This document shows positions 26,600-35,895 of a stretch of 64,000 nt of DNA, one piece after another; within the stretch, counting starts at the first letter, position 1; every line of letters starts with the position of its first letter. Made by a program: the position numbers and the translations under genes. The stretch covers positions 14,033 to 78,032 of the IMG/VR virus record IMGVR_UViG_3300032579_000531; one strand, written 5' to 3'. The notes under the pieces are model-generated. The model was not told the origin of the DNA. It did not search any database and saw only the letters and a program-made list of their open reading frames with translations. This DNA comes from a virus.

Positions 26600-27331
26600 T
26601 TAGTTATTGATTGTTACTTGTCCTACAACTGCACCAGGTTTCTGGATTGCTTCTGCCCTACGTGCTTGATACTCGGCATTGTTTACAGGCATTAGGTTAA
26701 GTGTACTGGTACTGCCATCGGGTTTGACCACACTAATTTCTTGACCTTTTTGTGTAGCTACCGGGGTCACTTCTGCATCACCCAAGGGTTTGTTACCTGT
26801 AATTTCGTCTAGTTCTTTAAAGGCTTCCTTGGCACCACGCTTGGTGTCTTGATTACTTCGAGCACTAGTCGAAAGTGCAACCAATACATAAGATCGAATA
26901 CGTGTACCTTCTGCTACATGCTTCATCTCTACAGTTTCTACACCAGAGATATCAATGTCCGGGCAAATACTGCGGATTGCCATTTCGCTTTGTTCTGTAG
27001 TGGTAGTTCCGTTATCAGCGGAATACACTTTAGTTTGACTACGGACCTTGCCGCCTGCACTTGTACAGATCTTGGCGTATGCAATAGTCTTGGCCTTCAT
27101 ATCAGCCATACCAAAGTCGCCACTGGTAGCAGTACCATTTTCAAATACTACACCGGGTGACTTGGGCAACTTGAACATCCACTCGGGTGCCTGGTTGATC
27201 GCGGACTGCATATTAGCAGATTGCTGTGCTGATTGTAGTTGAGCTTGTTTAGTATAATTTGACTGAATCGAATTAGTACCACAGGCACTCAATAAACCTG
27301 CTACTGCACCTACAATTAATAACTTCTTCAT
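26600..27331 (-). CDS. lipoprotein (LPP20-like)
   Basis: Lipobox LLSAC; APEWM..P...A..KA...A; TTGACA-17-TATACT promoter at 27367-27395. Confidence 0.7.
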   Translation of the reverse strand: MKKLLIVGAVAGLLSACGTNSIQSNYTKQAQLQSAQQSANMQSAINQAPEWMFKLPKSPGVVFENGTATSGDFGMADMKAKTIAYAKICTSAGGKVRSQTKVYSADNGTTTTEQSEMAIRSICPDIDISGVETVEMKHVAEGTRIRSYVLVALSTSARSNQDTKRGAKEAFKELDEITGNKPLGDAEVTPVATQKGQEISVVKPDGSTSTLNLMPVNNAEYQARRAEAIQKPGAVVGQVTINN

Positions 27332-27381
27332 TTTTCATCCCTTTAGGGTTTAGTTACGATAACAACAGTATAACATTATGG

Positions 27382-27954
27382 TTAATATTTGTCAATCACT
27401 TGCCATTTTGAATTTGGTGCAGTAGACAAACGACATACAACTCCTTGATACAACATCAAATTTTGGTTACGACTATCACGCTCAACGAACATACGACACT
27501 GAGTACGTTTGTACCAAAAATACTTACGCTCAGGAACATAGGTATGTAAGTCAGTTTCGGACTCCCATACTATATCCCCAATTCTAACCGGATGAACACG
27601 AATATCCGGTAGATCACTACAGACCATTTGACTATCGGCATGCACTGAACTTGGTGCTTCTTCTAACATATTGCCACGGTGTTGATCTAATGCTTGAACA
27701 CACGCTTCTGTTTCGGTTGTGCCATATCCAATACCTTCTACAGTTTGCCAATCGTTGTTGATGTGTAGGCGATACTTTAATACGCACTTCTGACCACGAC
27801 CGTCGGGGCCGACCAATTTCTGTATATCAACTGGGCGGCTGTTAATTACTTGTTGAGATATATTTGTGCTAATTCTAGTGTAGCAGTCAGCCCTGGGTTG
27901 AGTACAGTACGCCGCTCCTGCCACTGCGATTGCAGATATAATTAGTAGTTTCAT
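27382..27954 (-). CDS. secreted Cys-containing protein
   Basis: N-terminal signal peptide, several Cys. Confidence 0.7.
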   Translation of the reverse strand: MKLLIISAIAVAGAAYCTQPRADCYTRISTNISQQVINSRPVDIQKLVGPDGRGQKCVLKYRLHINNDWQTVEGIGYGTTETEACVQALDQHRGNMLEEAPSSVHADSQMVCSDLPDIRVHPVRIGDIVWESETDLHTYVPERKYFWYKRTQCRMFVERDSRNQNLMLYQGVVCRLSTAPNSKWQVIDKY

Positions 27955-28232
27955 TTATTGTACCTATCGGGGTTGTTGCACCCTATACGTAAACTCCAAA
28001 TAATAATTTTGGCTTTTTCGTTATAAGCACGATCTGATTCAGACATATCTTCGGGATTCTTATTCAGTGTTCCTAATAACTTCAATTGGTATTCGACTTG
28101 CTGTGTTATTTGGTCAATCTGTGGACAGTTTGCATTGCTAACCTGGATACTAGCCAATTGGGTGTAACTAACCTGTGGACGGCTAGCACAACCAACTAGG
28201 CTAATAGCTAAAAGGATAGCAACAAGTCGCAT
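27951..28232 (-). CDS. lipoprotein
   Basis: MRLVAILLAISLVGC lipobox. Confidence 0.7.
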   Translation of the reverse strand: MRLVAILLAISLVGCASRPQVSYTQLASIQVSNANCPQIDQITQQVEYQLKLLGTLNKNPEDMSESDRAYNEKAKIIIWSLRIGCNNPDRYNK

Positions 28233-28585
28233 TAGAACTGTGCCTTGGCCAAACGGGCTTCGCGATTGCGTTCCCAACTTGCGTCTAGGTTAGCACCTTG
28301 TCTAAATAGTTTATCGTATGCTTTTTCGGCTACTCCATAATGCTCATGAGCTCCGGACTTTTCAAAAAAGTCGTAGTCAATGGTCCAGCGCGGAATGATA
28401 GTTACCCTAGCATCTGCATCATGCAAGATCGGTAGTTGTTGCCACTGGAACAATAACCGTTGAATAGTCTGTTCCCATTGTGTCTTGGCCCATGGTGTCT
28501 TGGCACGGGCTAATGCTTCGCGAGCCGCATCCAACCGTTGACCCAGTACTTCCATTTCATCACCATAAAAACGATAGTCTTTCAT
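28232..28585 (-). CDS. hypothetical protein
   Basis: AAGGAG RBS. Confidence 0.7.
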   Translation of the reverse strand: MKDYRFYGDEMEVLGQRLDAAREALARAKTPWAKTQWEQTIQRLLFQWQQLPILHDADARVTIIPRWTIDYDFFEKSGAHEHYGVAEKAYDKLFRQGANLDASWERNREARLAKAQF

Positions 28586-28598
28586 TTCTTCTCCTTGA

Positions 28599-28985
28599 TT
28601 AATAGTTACGACCTAGTACAACTTGTACCCGTTCATATACTTCGTCTTCTTCTGCTGTGTATGTATGGTCTTTGTCCCGAAACATAAACTTGCTCATTAT
28701 TTTGTGGAATTCATCAAATACTTTAAGTCGAGATGGATTTAATGTAACCTTGTCGTTTAGCAACCACGACTTTACTACACGCAACGTATCCACAGGGGCA
28801 AGGTCTTTATCCATCAATATAGTAAAACATTCATCTATTGTAGAGTCAGATTGTCCCCGTAATAAGTCACCGGCTTCTCGTACCATATCCTCTACTGTAC
28901 CATGCTTCATAATGAACTGTGCCGAGCGTCCTTGCAAACTTGCCCAGGCAAACTCTTCTTCGTAAGTTAGTGTTCTATCAGTCAT
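28599..28985 (-). CDS. hypothetical protein
   Basis: Start moved to MTDRTL. Confidence 0.7.
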   Translation of the reverse strand: MTDRTLTYEEEFAWASLQGRSAQFIMKHGTVEDMVREAGDLLRGQSDSTIDECFTILMDKDLAPVDTLRVVKSWLLNDKVTLNPSRLKVFDEFHKIMSKFMFRDKDHTYTAEEDEVYERVQVVLGRNY

Positions 28986-28986
28986 A

Positions 28987-29523
28987 TTAGATCTCAATGT
29001 TACTGTTTTTAGCCTTATTGTAAAAAATATGATCACCAATTTGTCCTGCTTCGTGCCGAGTGTCGACCCATTTTGGATCACGGATATATATGGCATGATA
29101 ATACAAACTATGCATCAAGCCACTGACACGATAACCGGTTAAAACTTTTTCTGCTACTTGACGGCTCTCTGCCCAAACTGTAGGATCAGGGTTTGGTAAC
29201 TTCTTTTGTAATGTCCACGAAAACTGAGACTTGGCATAAACTACCTTACAAACTGTATTGCCCCAGTGACCGGTCTTCAACCGATTTACTGTCACATGAG
29301 CAACCGCATACTTTCCCGGCGTGGCTTCTACTCCTGCTTCATAATACACGTTTTTAGTTAAACAGTCGAGATCGTTCTTGGTGTAGTTTACCTTTTCTGT
29401 AGTTTGAATAATGTCTGTAAGCTGATCTATCTTGTCCTCAACCTTGTCCATACGCAATTCTTGACGCAGGAGTAAGAGTGCAAGTAGAGTGCAAGCAATA
29501 ATAATTAAGTTACGGTTTGACAT
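28987..29523 (-). CDS. SleB/Hydrolase_2 cell wall hydrolase with N-terminal membrane anchor
   Basis: CLTKNVYYEAG, VAHVTVNR, QFSW, YYHA, IGDHIFY. Confidence 0.88.
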   Translation of the reverse strand: MSNRNLIIIACTLLALLLLRQELRMDKVEDKIDQLTDIIQTTEKVNYTKNDLDCLTKNVYYEAGVEATPGKYAVAHVTVNRLKTGHWGNTVCKVVYAKSQFSWTLQKKLPNPDPTVWAESRQVAEKVLTGYRVSGLMHSLYYHAIYIRDPKWVDTRHEAGQIGDHIFYNKAKNSNIEI

Positions 29524-29750
29524 TATCTATCCTGATTGTAGTCGTCGGCACCATCATTAAACTTTTCAGAAGCCAACAGATTAATTTGATCACCAAATTC
29601 CTCTTCGAGCTGTTCTAGCTCGTCGTCTGACAATGGTGTGCCATCTTCATACTCAGCATAGCTAAAAAATGCATCACAAAAGTCTGGATAGTCGTCAGCC
29701 TCAACGCCATCGACTTCTACATTTTTTACTCGACGTCCATTTAATTGCAT
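29523..29750 (-). CDS. small acidic protein
   Basis: DYPDFCDAF..A...DG..L.DDEL. Confidence 0.7.
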   Translation of the reverse strand: MQLNGRRVKNVEVDGVEADDYPDFCDAFFSYAEYEDGTPLSDDELEQLEEEFGDQINLLASEKFNDGADDYNQDR

Positions 29751-29754
29751 ATTG

Positions 29755-30084
29755 TTAAGCCTTTGGAATGTGATAAGTGATGCCCTGTGGGCTTGCAGAT
29801 TTTTTGTAACCCAATGTTTCGTAATCCGCTTCTAACAATTTTAAACTTGTACGGTCTTTAACTTGTGCCCGATCTACTTTAACTGCGATAAACTTTTTAC
29901 GATAGTTGATATGAATACCCTTGGCCCAGTAAACTAACTCTAACGCAAGAGCCATGCGATCTGCGGTAATTTTTTGTTTGTCTGAATAATGTGAAGATTC
30001 AACAATGTTACGCATACGGGCATCACGTGCGGCAGCAAAAGCATAGTAGCCTGCGGATTTTGTTTCTAGCTCTGTTGTTTTCAT
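29755..30084 (-). CDS. hypothetical early protein
   Basis: AAGGA RBS after an early promoter. Confidence 0.7.
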   Translation of the reverse strand: MKTTELETKSAGYYAFAAARDARMRNIVESSHYSDKQKITADRMALALELVYWAKGIHINYRKKFIAVKVDRAQVKDRTSLKLLEADYETLGYKKSASPQGITYHIPKA

Positions 30085-30103
30085 TTTTATTTCCTTTTGT
30101 TTA

Positions 30104-30173
30104 ACTATACAAGTATTATACTATTTTGGGTATTTTGGGTCAACCAAAAACACCGTTGTTTTTAAGCAACGGT
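30104..30173 (-). promoter_or_regulatory. early promoter plus ACCGTTG-N8-CAACGGT palindrome
   Basis: TTGACC(30143-30138)-17-TATAAT(30120-30115); palindrome 30152-30173. Confidence 0.8.
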
Positions 30174-30449
30174 TTTATTACGCTTTACTAGCATTTCTGA
30201 TAAAGAAGGGTTCATAACTAGTGAAACTTTAAGGGCATTGATTTTAGTTTTTAAGTTAGCAAGTACTAACTCTACTTCTTGCATAGACGAGTCCACTTGC
30301 AAATCTACAAAATATTGTGCTTTGTTTGCGGTGAATGCGGGATAAGTGTCTGCAACAATGCGAACAGAAACGGGAGTGTTAGAATACGGGCTACGCTTAA
30401 AAGTTACTTTTGCGTATAATGTACTTACAGGTGTATTTTTATAAAACAT
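30162..30449 (-). CDS. hypothetical early protein
   Basis: AAGGAG RBS; promoter TTTACC-17-TATACT at 30478-30506. Confidence 0.65.
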   Translation of the reverse strand: MFYKNTPVSTLYAKVTFKRSPYSNTPVSVRIVADTYPAFTANKAQYFVDLQVDSSMQEVELVLANLKTKINALKVSLVMNPSLSEMLVKRNKTVA

Positions 30450-30522
30450 ACTTACTCCTTTTAGTTACTATAGAGCTAGTATAGCATTTTGGTAATTTAT
30501 GGTAAACCAAAATTTGAGCCGT

Positions 30523-30547
30523 AAAAAAGCCCCAATTAAGGGGCTTT
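30523..30547 (-). terminator. intrinsic terminator
   Basis: aaagcccc-aattaa-ggggcttt with A6. Confidence 0.75.
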
Positions 30548-30568
30548 ATGTTAGTGTGTACTAACCTA

Positions 30569-30787
30569 TTACTTTGTTGCAAACATCTTGGTGAAGTCCA
30601 CTGATTTTGTAGACTCGGCTACTTGCTTGGCCAACTCTAAATTTGTTTCGTATACAGTCTTGGTAAAGTCTGCATAAGAGTCAACTAAAGTTTCTAAATT
30701 TGAGCGGATTGCTTTATCTTCAACGAATGTCAAAGGTTGCTTACTTGCTTGTGCTACTTGGTCGATTACGGATTTAAAATTAAACAT
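30569..30787 (-). CDS. phasin-like amphipathic helical protein
   Basis: MFNFKSVIDQVAQASKQ...LVDSYADFTKTVYETNLELAKQ; upstream TGC-N4-GCA box. Confidence 0.55.
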   Translation of the reverse strand: MFNFKSVIDQVAQASKQPLTFVEDKAIRSNLETLVDSYADFTKTVYETNLELAKQVAESTKSVDFTKMFATK

Positions 30788-30873
30788 TTTGGTTTTTCCT
30801 TTATTAAGCGAAATGTTATGTGAAGCCCAAACTATTTGGCACCTCACTGTTTCATACTATGTTTATAGTATAT

Positions 30874-30900
30874 ACTTATTTATGTGCGGTTGCAACATTT
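30874..30900 (-). promoter_or_regulatory. PhaR-like box adjoining a TAAATA late promoter
   Basis: AAATGTTGC-AACCGCAC-ATAAATAAGT. Confidence 0.6.
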
Positions 30901-30987
30901 TTATATTTTAATTTGCCCAAAAAAGGAATAAATATTGATGTAGTTCGCGATACTGGAAATATCCAACTACTCTAACATAAAAGGACT

Positions 30988-31515
30988 ATGTCAGCAATGT
31001 ATTTACACTATTACGTCTATGCCTATTTAAGAACCAATGGCACACCATATTATATCGGAAAAGGTAAGGGAACACGGGCATGGAAGCATTACAATGATGC
31101 TATACAGCCTCCCGCAGACTTGTCACGAATTATAATACTTGAACGGAATTTAACAGAATTGGGTGCGTTAGCCATTGAACGCAGAATGATACGTTGGTAT
31201 GGGAGAATAGATACGTCAACGGGGATTCTGCACAATAAAACAGATGGCGGCGATGGCGGGAGTGGAGTTAAAAAATCCAAAGAAACTAAACTTAAAATTA
31301 GCATAGCTCTTAGAAACAGATCAGCTGAAGCTCGTGCAGAAACTCGGGTAAAACAAAGTATAGCAGGGAAACAAAGAAAACACTCTGCGGAAACTCGAAC
31401 TAAAATATCAGAAGCAAATAAAGGCAAGTCAAAAATAGGTGGAATGACTGGCAAATTGCATTCCGAAGAAACTCGAGCTAAAATGAGTTTGGCGGCAAAA
31501 AATAGACGCCGATAA
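30988..31515 (+). mobile_element. free-standing GIY-YIG homing endonuclease with NUMOD3 repeats
   Basis: [23 protein letters not shown], HSxETRxKxS repeats. Confidence 0.88.
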
Positions 31516-31557
31516 AACACCCACTAAATAATATTATCCAATCAATTAGGAGATATT

Positions 31558-31809
31558 ATGATTAAGCATATCAAACGTCTATTAGGCATTTCCGCCGAGA
31601 CTCCAGTAGTAGAAGCACCGGTAGTTGAAGTTGCACCACAATCTTTTCCATTGCCTACAGAAGTTAAGGCCACTGTTAAGAAGCCAACTGTAAAGAAGGC
31701 AACTACACGTGCAGCTAAACCAGCTACAGCTAAAAAGACAACTGCAAAGAAACCTGTTGCTAAAAAAGCTACTGCAAAGAAAGCAACTAAAAAATCTACT
31801 TCTAAGTAA
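31558..31809 (+). CDS. histone H1-like Lys/Ala-rich protein
   Basis: AKKxxAKK repeats; TAAATA and AGGAG upstream. Confidence 0.75.
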   Translation: MIKHIKRLLGISAETPVVEAPVVEVAPQSFPLPTEVKATVKKPTVKKATTRAAKPATAKKTTAKKPVAKKATAKKATKKSTSK

Positions 31810-31819
31810 TTAGACGTAA

Positions 31820-32929
31820 ATGGACGTTAGTATCTACATTCCCGATGAAAGTGTTAACGTCTTTCGTTTTCATATCAATCAGTTAGCCGGAAGAACTTTC
31901 GATGACTGGTCTTATTACCACGATGCAGAAATATTTAAAACATCTGCACGTGGTCGTAAGATAGCATGTTTCCAAATTCCATATCCTTGGGATTCCCGAA
32001 TTGAAGATCAGATTAACGATATCTACGATACTGTTGATTATATCTTGATCATAGGCAGTGAACTACATGCAAAGACTGTTGAATTTATTCAACGATTTGA
32101 TTTAAAGAAAATTAAATACTTTATCTGCGGTTACCTACATCATCGCATGGTCAATGCCGAAGTTCTCAAGTTCCTAGATTGGTTCACTACCAGCGTACAT
32201 TTTTATAAGAATGTTCGTCCTAGTATACTGTACGAACTTAAACCATTTGATGCAAAACCTTTACAGTTTGATGCCTTGCTTGGACGCAAAAAGCCACATA
32301 GAGATTTAGCCTATAATTTTCTAACACAGAACAACATGTTAGATCAAGGTGTAGTCACTTATATCAACGACTACAAGGTAAACTTTGATTCTAGAGACTC
32401 TGAAAAATGGGTTTGGCAAAGTGAAGGCATTGAGGACTTTGAAGTACGTAGTCAAACTATAGACTTTACAGTAGACAGAGTAGATTACTATGGCTACAAC
32501 ATGAGTCTGAGTCAGATTATCCCCATAGACATTTATAACAAGACAGCGTACAGCTTAGTATGCGAAACTAACTTCGACAACAACTTTGTGTTTATGACAG
32601 AAAAAACTGTCAAACCAATTCTTGCTCGTAGATTGTTTATTACCTTAGGTAATCAGTACCACTTGGCGGCCTTACATAGATTGGGATTTAAAACATTCAA
32701 CGGCATCATTGACGAAAGTTATGATAATATCCCCGATCCAACTGAGCGTCATACAGCAGCTATGCACCAACTAAAATTATTATGCGAACAAGATCAAGCA
32801 GATGTAATAGAACGTTGCCGTGACATAGTTGACTACAACTTTAATTTAATGTACAGCAATGATTGGTATAACTTGTTTAGAACAGACTTTGGTGACTTCT
32901 TCTTTAGTCGTCACAATCGCGTTATTTAA
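31820..32929 (+). CDS. putative glycosyltransferase-like protein (TEKxxKPI family)
   Basis: SLVCET..FMTEKTVKPI....G....L...GFKTF..IIDESYD; paralog of 37608-38828. Confidence 0.55.
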   Translation: MDVSIYIPDESVNVFRFHINQLAGRTFDDWSYYHDAEIFKTSARGRKIACFQIPYPWDSRIEDQINDIYDTVDYILIIGSELHAKTVEFIQRFDLKKIKYFICGYLHHRMVNAEVLKFLDWFTTSVHFYKNVRPSILYELKPFDAKPLQFDALLGRKKPHRDLAYNFLTQNNMLDQGVVTYINDYKVNFDSRDSEKWVWQSEGIEDFEVRSQTIDFTVDRVDYYGYNMSLSQIIPIDIYNKTAYSLVCETNFDNNFVFMTEKTVKPILARRLFITLGNQYHLAALHRLGFKTFNGIIDESYDNIPDPTERHTAAMHQLKLLCEQDQADVIERCRDIVDYNFNLMYSNDWYNLFRTDFGDFFFSRHNRVI

Positions 32930-34194
32930 TCAATAATACCAAAGTTCGCCCAGCGAGCATCACCTAAACTTACCCACCCCAAAGGACCACCTAAACTAGG
33001 ATTACTATTGAATACAATAGTTCCCTTGGGCTGATCATTTGCCGGAGGAGTGTCGGCACTACTAATTGATACAGCGCCAATTATCAATTGATTAACTGCG
33101 GTAGCGCCGTCTGGGGTCAATGTAATATTGTTCTTGCCATTGGTACTTAGTACAAGAGTCTGACTACGTGGTGTGCCAATAATAGCAGTATTGTTGGATT
33201 GTTTACCAAATCCAATTTCAACTTCCTGATCCCAAATACTCAATGCCTGGCTTGGTTCAATGGTGTTGACGCCAACACGCTGAGTAGTAGTGTATAGTGC
33301 GCCACCGCTTAACAGAGTTTCGCCCTTGACTTGCAATTCGTTTAGTTGCCCAACTGTTTGTAGATTACTATTCAGAATACTATTACTCAAAGCATTACCA
33401 GTAATGATGTCCTGACCGTTTAAGGTAATCTTATTAAGATCAACACCCTGTTCTTTGATTTGGTCAAATACCATGTCGGCATAGGCTGTATAGATTACTT
33501 GTTTTAAACTTGTTTGTACATTGTTTGTTGCGGCATTGACGATGCTGACATACATCGGGCTTGTTTCTGGAATTGTACCAGTAACATTTAAATCGCCTTC
33601 AATTGTAGTTGTGCCTTTAACAGTTAAGTCACGAGTTAATAGATTATTTTCTACTACAGTAACATCATCCATGATAGTTAATTGGCAAGTAGTAGACTTA
33701 TCGTCGATGCCTGTACTACCAAAGTTTGCAATGATGCCACCCTTGATGTTATCGCCGGAGACTATCCAGTCAGCAGGATCAATTGCCACGCCGGGTATAC
33801 TGTTTGGGGGGAATTTTAATGTCTGACTTTGTATTGCAGCAGTTACAGCCGATTGGCAAATTTGCTGGAAGTCAATTCTATTAACTTGAGCATTGATGGA
33901 CTCAGTTGTTACACGAACAGACTCTGCCTGCACCGATGATGATATGTTTGTGCTTAGAGATTCTAGTTTTAAATTTAATTGTGCTTCAATACTTTTTGCA
34001 TCTATAGGTAATTGACTAATTCTAGCGTCAAGTTTTTTACCAATCTGATCTGCTAGTATTGATGTGGTGTCTAGGTTAGCAATGATATCATTGATCTTTT
34101 GATCAATTTGGGCCGCCACTTGTTGTTGAACTTGTGAGGTTATTTGCGAAATTATTGTTTGTACTATACCACTTACGTGATTATCGATATCCAT
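32926..34194 (-). CDS. probable virion fibre/structural protein
   Basis: N-terminal coiled coil, LTVKG/LNVTG beta repeats, C-terminal KGTIVFNSNP..GGPLGWV. Confidence 0.6.
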   Translation of the reverse strand: MDIDNHVSGIVQTIISQITSQVQQQVAAQIDQKINDIIANLDTTSILADQIGKKLDARISQLPIDAKSIEAQLNLKLESLSTNISSSVQAESVRVTTESINAQVNRIDFQQICQSAVTAAIQSQTLKFPPNSIPGVAIDPADWIVSGDNIKGGIIANFGSTGIDDKSTTCQLTIMDDVTVVENNLLTRDLTVKGTTTIEGDLNVTGTIPETSPMYVSIVNAATNNVQTSLKQVIYTAYADMVFDQIKEQGVDLNKITLNGQDIITGNALSNSILNSNLQTVGQLNELQVKGETLLSGGALYTTTQRVGVNTIEPSQALSIWDQEVEIGFGKQSNNTAIIGTPRSQTLVLSTNGKNNITLTPDGATAVNQLIIGAVSISSADTPPANDQPKGTIVFNSNPSLGGPLGWVSLGDARWANFGIID

Positions 34195-34240
34195 CTTTAC
34201 TCTTTAATTGATTACTGCTTCGGTGCTTCAATGCACCAAT

Positions 34241-34972
34241 TTATTCAAATTGAATAGATACAACGTGTTCGTAATTTTTCTTAATTAAACTCTTATACAT
34301 CAAGTTCTTGTGTACAAGGAAATTTACGGCACCAGCGTCCATACTAAACTTAGCTAACTGCTTAAAGAACATTGTGCGTCTTTGGAATACACCGTATGTT
34401 GTTAATGCGTTTGCAGCATTAATTTCATATACCATACTATTCCACAACGTACGATCCTTTACGTCCCAATCGTGATTTTCAACATATAGCTTATAATCGC
34501 TACCATTTCTAACCATAATTGGCTGACTGAAATCACGATCTTTAAAATCTTGATTCTTGTAGTCGCGTACTGTACTTATCACAAAACTTGTGGCCAGGCT
34601 ACAAATTTTAGCAATCAATTCCTGTTGCATTTGATCACTGTCAGCAAAAGTAAAATACTCATCCATTGCTATAACACACTGGAATTCTTTTTGGTGTTTA
34701 GATAAATCAGCTGAATCAATGTATGTTACTGCAATTCCCTTGCTCTTAATATAAGCCAATGCGGTATCACTTATTTCAGTAACTGAGATATGTTTGGCTT
34801 TGCAACTTAAAATGGCTGCATTAAACCCAACAAATAAAATGCTTTGAGGTTCAAGATTTTCTGTACGATATACCCCATCCAGAATTTCTTGTTTACGAGC
34901 AACAACGACGTTAAACTTTGGATTAAAAATTAGTGCGGACAGAATCGCGTCGGTGTAGGTGGCAAAAGTCAT
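34241..34972 (-). CDS. methyltransferase-fold-like protein
   Basis: SILFVG..., FQCVIAMDEYF Rossmann-like; degenerate SAM motif. Confidence 0.45.
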   Translation of the reverse strand: MTFATYTDAILSALIFNPKFNVVVARKQEILDGVYRTENLEPQSILFVGFNAAILSCKAKHISVTEISDTALAYIKSKGIAVTYIDSADLSKHQKEFQCVIAMDEYFTFADSDQMQQELIAKICSLATSFVISTVRDYKNQDFKDRDFSQPIMVRNGSDYKLYVENHDWDVKDRTLWNSMVYEINAANALTTYGVFQRRTMFFKQLAKFSMDAGAVNFLVHKNLMYKSLIKKNYEHVVSIQFE

Positions 34973-34983
34973 ACAACTATTTA

Positions 34984-35895
34984 TTACTTACGCAATAAAT
35001 CGAGTGTAACGCAATGAAATCCTCCCCCTAATGTACGACTATGGCGCAATTCCAATGGTATAACTGTGAATTTGTGTCGCTCCAGGGTATTAATCAAGCC
35101 AATTTGATGCCGATCAACCACAACTGTGCTAGGATCCACAACTAGCATATTCATTGCAATCCACTTGCTTGCATAGGGATATTCGTAAAAACCTTGTGCT
35201 ACAACTTCATTTACCCAAATCTTTTCCCACCCTTTAAACACTTGAGGGCATGTTGCTTCTGTTACACGACTAGCGTTTAACATAACAAGTCCTTCGCGCA
35301 AGGGGACGATGGTTGAGTCGACATGTACTCCTGCATAGAAGTTACATAACTCAATATTTACTTGAGGGAATTGTTCACATAACCATTCGTATGCTCTGCG
35401 GTTACCTGACGCACTTTCTAAGAACAACATGCTATCACCTAGACGACATACATTTGCCGCATCCAATATCATGCCTTGATTTCGTGGCATTACTCGACGG
35501 TCGTGAGTCTTGCTAGTTACTTCATCTAATACTAGTATCTCCTGATCTCTGCAGGGATACATCATTGCGGGATCAACTATGGTATTACCGTATACCAACA
35601 ATCTATCCCTGGGGCAATAATTATACATTCCCCCAGTTACTGGATAATTGCGAGGACCAGGTCTGATAACCTGTATTCCTAATCTGTGCAAGGTAGTTGC
35701 AAGTATATTTAGATCTTCGTCAGCTTCATCTACGATGTGCTGTGGCACTGGCCCTGCGGGTACTGGTGTATCTTTCCATAAAGTCTTTTCGGACTCTTGT
35801 GCAAATACTGGATCGTCGCTGGGCCAGTTTGCATATTTGGCACTACCTACTACAACGGACTTTAATGGGTCCCATTCATTATAACTGCTAATCAT
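34984..35895 (-). CDS. amidinotransferase (glycine/inosamine-phosphate type)
   Basis: NEWDPLK.VVVG, YCPRD, HVDS, GGGFHCVT catalytic Cys. Confidence 0.9.
   Translation of the reverse strand: MISSYNEWDPLKSVVVGSAKYANWPSDDPVFAQESEKTLWKDTPVPAGPVPQHIVDEADEDLNILATTLHRLGIQVIRPGPRNYPVTGGMYNYCPRDRLLVYGNTIVDPAMMYPCRDQEILVLDEVTSKTHDRRVMPRNQGMILDAANVCRLGDSMLFLESASGNRRAYEWLCEQFPQVNIELCNFYAGVHVDSTIVPLREGLVMLNASRVTEATCPQVFKGWEKIWVNEVVAQGFYEYPYASKWIAMNMLVVDPSTVVVDRHQIGLINTLERHKFTVIPLELRHSRTLGGGFHCVTLDLLRK

Noticed and set aside
26600-29523. Spanin/endolysin lysis cassette
   Set aside because: The lipoproteins and SleB lie under sigma70-type early promoters and lack the nested i-/o-spanin layout, so a lysis role is not supported.
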